The notes under the pieces were generated by a model, which made no database searches, was not told the DNA's origin, and saw only the letters and a list, made by a program, of their open reading frames with translations. From positions 2,816,001 through 2,880,000 of the forward strand of contig CBDIID010000003.1 of the NCBI GenBank assembly GCA_965279515.1: DNA of 64,000 nucleotides, written 5' to 3'. A program made the translations under genes and the position numbers. Source of the DNA: Turneriella sp. GTDB taxonomy: Bacteria > Spirochaetota > Leptospiria > Turneriellales > Turneriellaceae. This document shows positions 9,891 to 19,865 of this stretch, in pieces; the stretch's first letter is position 1; every line of letters begins with the position of its first letter.

Positions 9891-11051
9891 TCAGCTTGCC
9901 AGCGGCTCCTCGACATAATGCGCCAGCACATTGTCGGTGACATTCTTGAGTTTTAACCGAACCTGTTGCACGCTTTGCACTCCTGCCCTGACCTTTTCAA
10001 AGAGCGCCTGACTGACAAGAATACCGCCGGGCCGGCAAGCCTTTTGCAACCGCGCGGCGATATTCACCGCATTGCCGATCAGCGTATTATCGCGCCGATC
10101 GACGCCGCCGACGTTCGCACGTATCGCCAGGCCGGCATTCATACCCATTGTTACCGAGAGCGTGCGCTTACCGGCGGCGGCGCGCTCGGCGTTCAGATTC
10201 GCCAGCATCGTACGGATGGCGAGCGCCGTACGCACAGCAGCCTGATCGTCATGGAAAATACAAAACAGCTGGTCGCCGACAAATTTATCGATGTCACCAC
10301 CTTTGGCAAAAACGACATCAACAATCGGTTTGAAGTACGCGTTGAGGAGTTCCACTGTGGCGGATGGCCCCAACTCTTCACTGAGGCGTGTAAAACCGAC
10401 GACGTCGAGAAAGAGATAGGTCGCATCGACCTCTTCATCGTGGATATCCAGGCGGCCGTTTTCGACGCTCAGGTCGGCGCGCTCCCAGACGCTGCGCGAG
10501 GTATAACGTTTCATCAGGTTTTCGAGCGAGATTGCCTTGCGCGTTGTTTTAGCGAGCGCACCGAGATTATGCCTGAGCTCAATCTGCGACATCGCCTGAC
10601 GCGCAAGCATCTTGAGCCTCTTCAGCTGTTCTTCAGAAATTTCACGCGGTTTGTTATCAATCACACACAGCGTGCCCAGATTGTGGCCATCGCTGGTTCT
10701 CAGGGGAGTGCCGGCGTAAAAGCGCACACTTTTCTCCGCATCGACGACGCCGTGCTGAAAGCGGGCATCGGCGCTGGTGTCGGGAATAACCATAGCGTCG
10801 TCACCGAGAATCGTGTGCGCGCAGAAGGCGCCCTGCCGCGGCGTCTGTGGCGTATCAAAACCGACGTTGGATTTAATCCAGACACGGTCTTTGTCAACGA
10901 GGCTGATCAGGCTCACGGGTGAGCCGGTGATATCAGCTGCCAGGCGGGTTAGATCGTCGAACAGCTCTTCTTTTTCGCTATCGAGAATATCATAGCGCCT
11001 GAGCGCGGCAAGACGGGCATCTTCGTTTACGGGAATGGGGGTACTCAGCAT
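9891..11051 (-). CDS. GAF-domain class III adenylate cyclase
   Basis: EDARLAALRRYDILD GAF start, RFYAGTPL..G..LGTLCVID; cyclase motifs FLDVVGFT, DKFVGD, D.TLIGNAVNIAARL. SD GGAGG precedes ATG 11051. Confidence 0.9.
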   Translation of the reverse strand: MLSTPIPVNEDARLAALRRYDILDSEKEELFDDLTRLAADITGSPVSLISLVDKDRVWIKSNVGFDTPQTPRQGAFCAHTILGDDAMVIPDTSADARFQHGVVDAEKSVRFYAGTPLRTSDGHNLGTLCVIDNKPREISEEQLKRLKMLARQAMSQIELRHNLGALAKTTRKAISLENLMKRYTSRSVWERADLSVENGRLDIHDEEVDATYLFLDVVGFTRLSEELGPSATVELLNAYFKPIVDVVFAKGGDIDKFVGDQLFCIFHDDQAAVRTALAIRTMLANLNAERAAAGKRTLSVTMGMNAGLAIRANVGGVDRRDNTLIGNAVNIAARLQKACRPGGILVSQALFEKVRAGVQSVQQVRLKLKNVTDNVLAHYVEEPLAS

Positions 11052-11070
11052 GGTTAAATCCTCCGGAATT

Positions 11071-11138
11071 CTATCTACTGGTAGATAGTTTAACCACAAA
11101 TACATCTGTCGGCAAATTTTTTATCTATCAGTAGATAG
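11071..11138. promoter_or_regulatory. Two copies of an 18-bp palindromic operator, probably bound by the TetR; -35 TTGACT at 11148-11143 (minus)
   Basis: CTATCTAC-TG-GTAGATAG (11071-11088) and TTATCTAT-CA-GTAGATAG (11121-11138); 16/18 identical in opposite orientation. Confidence 0.7.
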
Positions 11139-11150
11139 GGTAAGTCAAGA

Positions 11151-11879
11151 CTACGGTACCGTGTACCCAAAGGTGCGGATGGTTTTCTTCGCGGCGGGGC
11201 TCCGCAGAAACTGCATGAACTCCCTGGCCGCAGCGGTGTCTTTCAACAAGATGGCTTCCTGTGTCAGGGGTGTATAGCTATCTTGAGGAATGATAAAGCT
11301 TGAACCCGCGGAAATCTGCGAAAGGGCCACAAAACCCATCTCAGAGGCACCTGAGGCAACAAAATGGTGGGTTTGGCCGATATCCTGGCCCATGACAATG
11401 CGGCCCTGTAGTTTCTCCCAGAGTCCCACAGCGAGCAGATACTCCTTCGCTGCCTGACCATACGGCGCCACATCGGGGTTTGCGATCGCCAGGGAACGGA
11501 AATTCTGACCTTGCAGCACTTTGCCATTTGCATCCACAAAATTCCCGCGGGGGCTCCATAATACGAGTTTGCCGGTCGCATAGTGAAATCGTGTATTTTT
11601 TATGCCGAAACCTGCCGATTCGAGCAAGCGCGGATGTTTCGCGTCGGCAGCTAGAAAAACATCAAAGGGCGCTCCGTTCCTGATTTGCAGGTAGAATTTT
11701 CCGGTCGAGCCGGATATGGCGGTGAACTTGTGCTGGTATTGTTTTTTAAACCCGGGCGCCAGGGCGTTCAAGGCATCGCTAAAATTGGCTGCCACCGCAA
11801 TCCGCAGTTCCTCTGCGGCCAAGCCACCGCTCATTACGGTGAAAATGGCAATCACCGCGGTCATCCAAATCGAGCGCAT
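11151..11879 (-). CDS. modA: Molybdate ABC transporter substrate-binding protein
   Basis: IAVAANF, GSTGKFY.QIRNGAPFDVFLAAD, IANP.VAPYGQAA, GFVALSQ. Confidence 0.93.
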   Translation of the reverse strand: MRSIWMTAVIAIFTVMSGGLAAEELRIAVAANFSDALNALAPGFKKQYQHKFTAISGSTGKFYLQIRNGAPFDVFLAADAKHPRLLESAGFGIKNTRFHYATGKLVLWSPRGNFVDANGKVLQGQNFRSLAIANPDVAPYGQAAKEYLLAVGLWEKLQGRIVMGQDIGQTHHFVASGASEMGFVALSQISAGSSFIIPQDSYTPLTQEAILLKDTAAAREFMQFLRSPAAKKTIRTFGYTVP

Positions 11880-11957
11880 TTTTCCTGAATGAGCTGCAGG
11901 GTACATTGGCAACCGGATTCCTGTTTGACGTGCACATGCTTGCCGGTTTGCTGTCGT

Positions 11958-13679
11958 ATGCGACGAATACTCATCGCGGGTGTTTCGTTGCTCATCTTCG
12001 GCTGCCAGTCGTGGAACCGGTTCTGGGAAGTCGGGGCCATGGGAGGCAATGTTACGGGAGTATATTATCCTGTTACGGCCCGTCTCAATAGCATTGCAGA
12101 ATCACAGGTTATCACTAAAGGGCAGGCGCGTTACGCTTTTGAAAAAACCATTCTAACCGGTTCGGGCTTCAGCATCGATGTGGAGAATACGGCTTTCGCG
12201 CAAACCTGCAGCGTCGATAATTCCCGCGGCATAGCCGCCACGGGAAATAATGGCAATAATATCTTCTGCACCAATGCATTCTACGGCTTTTACGGAACCG
12301 CCGGCAGCGAACAGTTTAATGGTATAGCCGCAACTTCTGATAGCGGCACCGTGGTCGCTGGCAGCACCACCAGTGACATTGTCTTCACTTCAGCTGCACC
12401 CGCAAGTCCCGTGGGTGCTGCGCATTCGGGCGGGGGCGTCGGCGACATTTTTGTGATGAAACTCAACAACATTGGTGAAGTGGAATGGTATAACTACTTT
12501 GGGACGACGGCGGTCATAGAAAGCGCGGCGGGAATTGCCGCGACACCCGACGGGGGTTTTGTTGTGATCGGCAGCGCAGCCAATGGTTTTATTTCTCCCA
12601 TGCATGGCCTGAATCCGGTCTGCGCGCATAGCGCTGGTGGCACGGGTGATATTATCGTGATCAAACTGAGCCCGCAGGGTGCCCTGCAATGGTATACCTT
12701 TCTGGGCGCGGCGGCGAGCGGAGAGAGTGCCGTCGCGATTACTGTGGCGGGTGATGGCAGCATCTACACCCTGGGTAACGGCAACTCAGCGAACCTTTGC
12801 GGGGGTACGGTAAACCCGATCAATGTACAGACAGGTACGGGCGATATGAACGTGGTGAAACTGGACAGTAACGGCAATATCGTGTTTTACGAATATATTG
12901 GCGGCAATGGCGGTGACACACCCCTGGCCATCACCGCCACACCCGACAACGGCTTTATTGTCGGTGGTAGCGTGCAGTCATCCACAGGAATGACGAATGC
13001 TTCGAACATGCCTGGCCCATGCCTGAATAGCTTCGCAGGCAATCTCGACGGTATCATCGTACGCGTAAACTCCTCAGGTACAGGCCTGTGGTGCTTCTAC
13101 CTGGGCGAGGCCGCTGGTATTGACCAGGTCACTGGTGTCCGAATCGCCAGCGATAACAGTATTATCGTTGCGGGGCAATCCAGCGCGGCACTGAATTTAG
13201 TTTCCTGGTCAGTACAACCGACCCCGCTGCTTGCGCACTCAGGTAGCACCGATATCTTCGTCACAAAACTTTCGCTGAGTGGCGTACCCCAATGGCTCAC
13301 CTACCTGGGCAGCGCCGCGGCTGAAACAGCGGGGCAAATTGCTGCCACTTACGATGGCGGCCTCGTGGTCATAGGGCAGGCGCCGACGAGTTTCGCCTCC
13401 ATGGGGGGATTAACCCCGTTGAACAACCATGCGGGTGGTACCGACTGGATGCAGACGAAACTGAGTACCACAGGTGCTTTGCAGTGGTTTCAGTTTCTCG
13501 GTTCAGGTGTGGCTGATACTGCCTTAAGCGTCACCGAAACTGCCGACCGGAGTATTGCGGTGAGCGGGTCTTTCAGCGCGACAGTGCCGACCCTCAAAGG
13601 CCTCACACCGAAAAACGCCTATGCCGGTGCCGGTACGGACGCAACGGTCATCAAGCTTAACCCCAGCGGTGGCATCTAA
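11958..13679 (+). CDS. Surface lipoprotein with SBBP-like beta-propeller repeats
   Basis: MRRILIAGVSLLIFGC lipobox; repeated D(I/M).V.KL...G...W..YLG and IAAT.DGG..V.G units. Confidence 0.8.
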   Translation: MRRILIAGVSLLIFGCQSWNRFWEVGAMGGNVTGVYYPVTARLNSIAESQVITKGQARYAFEKTILTGSGFSIDVENTAFAQTCSVDNSRGIAATGNNGNNIFCTNAFYGFYGTAGSEQFNGIAATSDSGTVVAGSTTSDIVFTSAAPASPVGAAHSGGGVGDIFVMKLNNIGEVEWYNYFGTTAVIESAAGIAATPDGGFVVIGSAANGFISPMHGLNPVCAHSAGGTGDIIVIKLSPQGALQWYTFLGAAASGESAVAITVAGDGSIYTLGNGNSANLCGGTVNPINVQTGTGDMNVVKLDSNGNIVFYEYIGGNGGDTPLAITATPDNGFIVGGSVQSSTGMTNASNMPGPCLNSFAGNLDGIIVRVNSSGTGLWCFYLGEAAGIDQVTGVRIASDNSIIVAGQSSAALNLVSWSVQPTPLLAHSGSTDIFVTKLSLSGVPQWLTYLGSAAAETAGQIAATYDGGLVVIGQAPTSFASMGGLTPLNNHAGGTDWMQTKLSTTGALQWFQFLGSGVADTALSVTETADRSIAVSGSFSATVPTLKGLTPKNAYAGAGTDATVIKLNPSGGI

Positions 13680-16401
13680 GCCTGCCCCGGAATTTTCTGC
13701 ACCATCAGGTAGCGCCAGAGAGAACTGAAAACCACGAATACTCCCAGTGCTGCAAAAATCCAGCGGAACTCAGGCCAGGCCAGGGGTTGCGTGTGCAGGA
13801 AAAGGTTGAGCTGGGGAATGTAGATGATCGCCAGCATTGCCACCAGCGAGATCAGAATTCCCAAAAACAGCCGGGGGTTCGAGAATGTATAACGACTGAA
13901 AATATTCTCGTTCGTGCGCAGATAAAAGATACTGACAAATTGCGTCAGCACGATGGTCACAAATGTGGATGTCAGGCCCGTTTCCCAGGCGCCGGGTTTG
14001 CCCTTGAGGTTGTGAAAGACCATGAGGCAGACTGCGGTGGCCAGGGCCCCGCGCATGATGCCCGAGACCAGTACGGTATAGATCCGCGTTTTATCGAGCA
14101 ACGCACCTTTCTGCCGCGGCGGCCGCTGCATCTCTCGCGGGTCTGCCGGATCATACGTCAGCATGAGCAGCGGAATCATTTCACCCACAAGATCCACCAG
14201 CAGAATCTGGACGGGTAGAATAATCGGTGGGATGCAAAAGGGATCAAAGCAAAGCCTGCAAGCACGCAGAGCAATTCTGTGAAGTTCGAAGAAAGCGTGG
14301 CGATGACATTGGTCTGCAGGTTGCGGAAAATTGTGCGCCCCTCACGGATCGCAGCGACGATCGTGGCAAAACTGTTGTCGAGCAGCACGAGGCTTGCTGC
14401 CTCTTGCGCCACCTTGCTGCCATTGTGGCCCATCGCCACGCCGATATCGGCGCGCTTCAGGCTCAAGGTATCGTTGACCCCGTCGCCCGTTACGGACACG
14501 ACATCGCCGCGTTTCTGCAGCGTGCCCACGATGCGCAGCTTTTCATCCGGTGAGACGCGCGAGAAAACAACCGAGCGGCTGGCCAAAACCTCTGAAAGCG
14601 CGGCATCATCCATCGCGACAAGTTTGTCGCGGTTGATAACCTGGATCGGTTGCGGCAGGCCATCTTGCATGCCGATCGCAATCGCGATGGTGCGCGCCGT
14701 CGCTTCATGGTCACCTGTAATCATCATCGTGCGGATGCCCGCCGTGTGCGCGGCGGCGACGGCGGCCTTCACCTCTTCGCGCGGCGGATCGATCATCGTG
14801 ACAAAACCGGAAAATACCAGGTTCGATTCGGCAGTTTGCTGCGTCAGCTCTTCATCGGCTGAAAGATCGCGGTAAGCGATCGCAATGACGCGCAACGCCT
14901 GTGCAGAATAGGCGCGCGAAACAGCGAGCAGCTCTTCGCGGTCGCGCTCCGCCATAGGTTTGACACTGCCGTCGACACATTGCCCGGCACACAGCGGCAG
15001 CAGCGATTCAATCGAACCCTTCACGAACGAGATGCGTTTGCCGCGGTGCTCGCGGATAATGGAAATTCTTTTGCGTTCAGAATCGAAGGGGAAAAGACGG
15101 ATTCTCGGATACGCGGCCAGAACCTCTTCGGGTTTAAAGCCCGCCTTCATGAGCAAGGTCGCGAACGCCGCTTCTGTGGGATCTCCCAGCGCGTAATAGT
15201 CGTTGTGGAATTCATCGGGCGCATTGACGCTGCCGGTGGAAGAGAGAAACCCCGCAAGAAAAAGAATCTTCTGATCACCCAGGGTGTTGGGATTCATCAC
15301 GCGCCCGGACTCCTCGAAAATTTCGCCGCCCGGATTGTACCCGGTGCCTGTGATCTTATAATTTTCACCCTCAAAAAAAGCAGAGGTGATTGTCATCTGG
15401 TTCTTCGTGACGGTACCCGTCTTGTCGGTGGCGATGACCGTCGCGGCGCCCAATGCCTCGACCGAAGAGAGGCGTTTGACAACCGCCTTTTTTCGCGCCA
15501 GACGCGCCACCCCGAGGGATAATCCCATCGAAATTTGCGCCGGCAGGCCCTCGGGCACCATCGCCGCCGCCACACTCACGGCAAAGACCAGCGCTGTCTT
15601 GAGGGGTTCGTCGCGCCAGATCTGGATCAGAAAAAGCAACACGGCAAGGGAAAGCGAAAAGCGCGTGATATAGACTCCCAGCCGGTTGAGCTCCTTTTGT
15701 AGGGGAGAGACTTCGCGGTTCATACTCTCTGACGTGCTCGCAATCTTACCGAGCTCGGTGTGATCTCCCGTTTCACACACGACCGCCGTCGCTTCGCCGC
15801 GCGCCAGTGAAGTGCCGAAGAAGACGTAGTTGAGCCGGTCGGGCAGGGGGATATCCGCCTGCGTCTCAAAGCCGGGATCTTTTTGCGCGGGGACAGATTC
15901 GCCCGAAAGCGCAAACTCATTCGCCATGAGGCTCTCTGCCTCGATCAGCCGGCAGTCGGCGGGTACCCCGTCGCCCTCTTGCAGAAAAATAATATCGCCC
16001 GGCACCAGCGACGATGCCGGCACTTCGATACGGTGGCCGTTTCTGACCGCAATGGCGTTTTCACTGACCATGCTGCCCAGGCGCGCGACAATATTCTCGG
16101 ATTTCCAGTCCTGCAAAAAGCCGACCACGGCGTTTACGACGACGATCACCATCAGTACGATGCCGTCGTTGACCGAGCCCAGGATAAAAGAAATCACCGC
16201 CGCGATAAAAAGCAGGACTACCAGCAGGTTGGCAAACTGCTCGATCAGCACCTGGAGCATGGTGCGCCCCGGGCGGGCTGTAATCACGTTGGGTCCGTGG
16301 CTGGCGAGACGGCGCTGGGCCTCGTCGGAAGCAAGGCCGGTAAGCGAATTTGTCTGGAAGGCGGAAATGACGGCGGCAAGGGCGCCCTGGTAATTGGCCA
16401 T
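13676..16401 (-). pseudogene. Cation-transporting P-type ATPase (P2 type) split by a -1 frameshift near 14236 (pseudogene, sequencing error or programmed shift)
   Basis: SGES, VPEGLP, DKTGT, GDPTE, MITGD and TGDGVND in 14176..16401; the membrane domain continues in the -1 frame (IPPIILPVQILLVDLVGEMIP...) to 13676. Confidence 0.8.
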
Positions 16402-16485
16402 ATTAAAAAAGCGGCGCTAAGAGCTTGCACGTCAACTCAGAAAAGTGCTTGCGGTGAGCTTTAAAAAAAAGGAGTTTGAGATATT

Positions 16486-18078
16486 ATGTTTAACTTACCG
16501 GCAGGCTTGCAAATTAAAGACGAGGCAGTCCATAAATCGGGCGAAGCTTTCAAACAAATTCTTACTAAAGAGGCGTTGGAGTTCGTCGCCGCACTCTCGC
16601 GCCAGTTCGAAAGCCGCCGGCAAGAACTGCTCGCAGCCCGTGTTGCGCGCGCTCAGCGCCTCGAAGCGGGTGAGAAACCCGACTTTCTGAAAGACACGCA
16701 GAAAATCCGGGAATCCGACTGGGTGGTGGCAAAGTTGCCGAAAGACCTCGAATGCCGCCGCGTCGAAATCACTGGGCCGGTCGACCGCAAAATGGTAATC
16801 AATGCTCTGAACTCAGGCGCCGACAGCTACATGACCGACTTCGAAGACTCGAACACACCTAACTGGCAGAACCAGATCCAGGGCCAGATTAATCTTGGCG
16901 ATGCGATTCGCCGCCGCATCGATTTTGAATCGGGTGGCAAACAATACAAACTTGCCGAAAAACCCGCAACCTTACTGGTGCGCCCGCGCGGCTGGCACCT
17001 CGATGAAAAACATGTCGAGGTGGATGGCAAGCGTATCTCGGGCGGACTTTTTGACTTCGGCCTCTTTTTCTTCCACAACGCGAAAGAACTTTTGAGCCGC
17101 GGCAGCGGCCCGTATTTTTATCTGCCGAAAATGGAATCCCACCTCGAAGCACGGCTATGGAACGATGTGTTCGTCTTTGCACAAACGGCGCTGGGTATTC
17201 CGCAGGGGTCTATCCGCGCGACGGTTCTCATCGAAACGATTCTCGCCGCCTTCGAGATGGATGAAATTCTGTACGAACTTAAAGACCACAGCGCCGGCCT
17301 CAACGCCGGCCGCTGGGATTATATCTTCTCGTGCATCAAGAAGTTCAAGAACGACAAAAACTTTTGCCTCGCGAACCGCGCGCTTGTCACGATGACATCC
17401 CCTTTCATGCGCAGCTATGCACTGCTGCTGCTCAAGACCTGCCACAGGCGCGGCGCGCCGGCGATTGGCGGTATGAGTGCGCTGATACCGATCAAGAATG
17501 ACGCAGCAGCCAATGAGAAGGCTCTGGGTGGCGTGCGGAACGATAAAGCGCGCGACGCCAGCGACGGCTATGACGGCGGCTGGGTGGCACACCCGGGTCT
17601 CGTACCGATCGCAATGGAAGAATGGAAAAAAGTGCTGGGCGACAAACCTAACCAGATCGGCAAGCAGCGCCCTGATGTGAATGTCGTCGCCGGCGATCTC
17701 ATGAGTTTTCAACCCGAAGGCCCGATCACGGAACAAGGACTTAGCTATAATATCAACGTGGGCATACACTATCTCGGCTCGTGGCTGGCTGGTAACGGCT
17801 GCGTGCCGATACACAATCTCATGGAAGACGCCGCAACCGCTGAGATCTCACGCTCACAGGTCTGGCAATGGATTCGTTCAGAAAAAGGCAAGCTCGACGA
17901 CGGCCGCAAGATTACGGCGGAGCTGGTGAAATCGATGGTGCCGGGTGAGCTGGCGAAGGTTAAAGAGATCACGGGCGGCGGGGCGACGTATGACGACGCG
18001 GCGAAAATTTTCGTCGAGATGTCGACATCCGACGGGTTTGCAGAGTTTCTGACCCTGCCGCTTTACGAGAGAATTTAG
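16486..18078 (+). CDS. aceB: Malate synthase A
   Basis: [55 protein letters not shown]. Confidence 0.97.
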   Translation: MFNLPAGLQIKDEAVHKSGEAFKQILTKEALEFVAALSRQFESRRQELLAARVARAQRLEAGEKPDFLKDTQKIRESDWVVAKLPKDLECRRVEITGPVDRKMVINALNSGADSYMTDFEDSNTPNWQNQIQGQINLGDAIRRRIDFESGGKQYKLAEKPATLLVRPRGWHLDEKHVEVDGKRISGGLFDFGLFFFHNAKELLSRGSGPYFYLPKMESHLEARLWNDVFVFAQTALGIPQGSIRATVLIETILAAFEMDEILYELKDHSAGLNAGRWDYIFSCIKKFKNDKNFCLANRALVTMTSPFMRSYALLLLKTCHRRGAPAIGGMSALIPIKNDAAANEKALGGVRNDKARDASDGYDGGWVAHPGLVPIAMEEWKKVLGDKPNQIGKQRPDVNVVAGDLMSFQPEGPITEQGLSYNINVGIHYLGSWLAGNGCVPIHNLMEDAATAEISRSQVWQWIRSEKGKLDDGRKITAELVKSMVPGELAKVKEITGGGATYDDAAKIFVEMSTSDGFAEFLTLPLYERI

Positions 18079-18100
18079 AAGCGCGTCGGCGTTTAGCGAA

Positions 18101-18637
18101 CTACCAGTAGCTGTCGGTTTCGAAACGCATACAGCTTAACGTTCGATAAAATGGTCGTGAGCCACCGTTTACGGCAAAGATTTGTATCTCTTCGATGAAA
18201 CGGATACCTTCCCAGGTTAAATCGCTGTCTGAGATAAACCGGCGGCCATGGTTTTCCATAGCCAGGGCCGGAAGATATAGCTCTATTGCCAGCCGGATGA
18301 ACGCCGTCAGCGTTAAGCTAAGCTCAATAGCCGCAAGACGGATAATCTTCTCATCATCCCCATAGAGACACATCAAATGGCGATGCATATCGCGTGCAAG
18401 GTGAAGTCCTTGCTTAACACCCTGGGTGGAATTGCGCAATTTCTCGCTCCAACGCAACGAACACTTGCGGGCTAACCGTAATACACAAAACCGGGTAATT
18501 GTGGATAAAGTACGGCGGCGCTGAAAGGCAATGATCTTTATGCGATTCCATTGGGCAGGGGCGAGCCGCACCTCCAGGACATGGTTGATTCGAATCGGCT
18601 TTCCTGCGAGAAACCGGGGTTGTCGTGTGCATTGCAT
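18101..18637 (-). CDS. Hypothetical protein, possibly with two ribbon-helix-helix modules
   Basis: SD AGGAG before ATG; two beta-helix-helix-like segments. Confidence 0.6.
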   Translation of the reverse strand: MQCTRQPRFLAGKPIRINHVLEVRLAPAQWNRIKIIAFQRRRTLSTITRFCVLRLARKCSLRWSEKLRNSTQGVKQGLHLARDMHRHLMCLYGDDEKIIRLAAIELSLTLTAFIRLAIELYLPALAMENHGRRFISDSDLTWEGIRFIEEIQIFAVNGGSRPFYRTLSCMRFETDSYW

Positions 18638-18784
18638 AGAAATCTCCTATATAAGAAATACCAAAGGTTGCTCTTTTCTTCTCACTTTATCGCTGGAAAT
18701 TCTTGCGTCGAAAATATCACAAGCAAGCAAACGATACAGAGTTGATTCCGATTTCCGGTATGTCTAAGGCGGCGACCTTGACCC

Positions 18785-19732
18785 ATGTCAGATAAAAAAC
18801 GCGACGACCTTTTGGTCGAGACTCTCAACCCCGACATGGGGTATTTCTTCAGAACAGCGAAGAAACTCTATGAAACCCGCACGAAATTCCAGGATCTGGA
18901 AATCCACGAACTACCCCGCCACGGCCGCATGCTGCGCCTGGACGGCGTTTTCCAGACTTCAGACCGCGACGAATTCCTATACCACGAACCACTGGCCCAC
19001 GTCGGCGGTATCAGCATCGATGGCCCTAAAAAAGCTCTTGTCATCGGCGGCGGTGACGGCGGCGCCGCGGAGGAATTCCTCAAATATAAAACCATCGATA
19101 AAGTGGTCATGGTCGAACTCGATGGCGGCGTAGTCGATGCCTGCAAAGAACATATACCCGGAATCTGCGGCAATGCCTTCAATGACCCGAAACTCGAACT
19201 CCTGATCGAAGACGGCATCAAATACGTCTTCGAAACGAAAGAGACTTTTGATCAGGTGCTGCTCGATCTCACCGACCCCTTCGGACCTTCGATCGAACTG
19301 TACACACATGAGTTCTATGCGCAGATTTCCAAAATCTTATCTGACAAGGGTATCCTGAGTCTGCATATCGAGTCGCCGATCACGCGCCCTGAACTCTTCA
19401 GTAAGCTCTACTGGACCTTGAAGTCGGTGTTCCCGATCGTGAAGCCAATGACGAATTATGTCCCGTTGTATGGCACTCTCTGGGGATTTGCGCTCGCGTC
19501 AAAAACACAGGACCCGACTGCAGTTGATAAGAAAACCATCCTCGACAGGCTGGCCAAACACAACCTCGGCAAGCTGCAGTTCTATAATGAAGATACACAC
19601 CACTCGCTTTTTGCCCTCCCCAACTACGTGCGTGAGATGATAAAGGACGAACAAAAGCCGATTCGTAAGGGCGATACCCTGCCCGTGCCCGCCGGTTCGA
19701 AACGGAACCTTGCACTCTACGAGGGTGAGTAA
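18785..19732 (+). CDS. speE: Spermidine synthase (polyamine aminopropyltransferase)
   Basis: TKFQ, LDGVFQT, YHE.LAH, LVIGGGDGG, VELD, DLTDPFGP. Confidence 0.95.
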   Translation: MSDKKRDDLLVETLNPDMGYFFRTAKKLYETRTKFQDLEIHELPRHGRMLRLDGVFQTSDRDEFLYHEPLAHVGGISIDGPKKALVIGGGDGGAAEEFLKYKTIDKVVMVELDGGVVDACKEHIPGICGNAFNDPKLELLIEDGIKYVFETKETFDQVLLDLTDPFGPSIELYTHEFYAQISKILSDKGILSLHIESPITRPELFSKLYWTLKSVFPIVKPMTNYVPLYGTLWGFALASKTQDPTAVDKKTILDRLAKHNLGKLQFYNEDTHHSLFALPNYVREMIKDEQKPIRKGDTLPVPAGSKRNLALYEGE

Positions 19733-19811
19733 GAGACGCGACGAGGCCTTTGCTTTTTCTACGACAATTTTTTTGGCGTAAAAAAAAATGCAAAATCGTA
19801 GCTACCTAATT

Positions 19812-19838
19812 TCAGTTTACGGGTTCAAGGGTCGATAG
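19812..19838 (+). promoter_or_regulatory. Sigma-28 (FliA)-like promoter upstream of fcpB
   Basis: TCAG-N15-GTCGATAG versus consensus TAAA-N15-GCCGATAA. Confidence 0.5.
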
Positions 19839-19865
19839 AGTGAGGGGAATACTCATAAAGGGAGC

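Noticed and set aside
9966..10922. Long antisense ORFs (also 39439..40314, 47796..48596 and 48971..49972)
   Set aside because: They lie opposite well-supported genes and have no recognisable motifs; expected from codon bias
18500..18508. Perfect DnaA box TGTGGATAA (another at 32144-32152)
   Set aside because: Isolated copies inside coding sequence; compatible with chance
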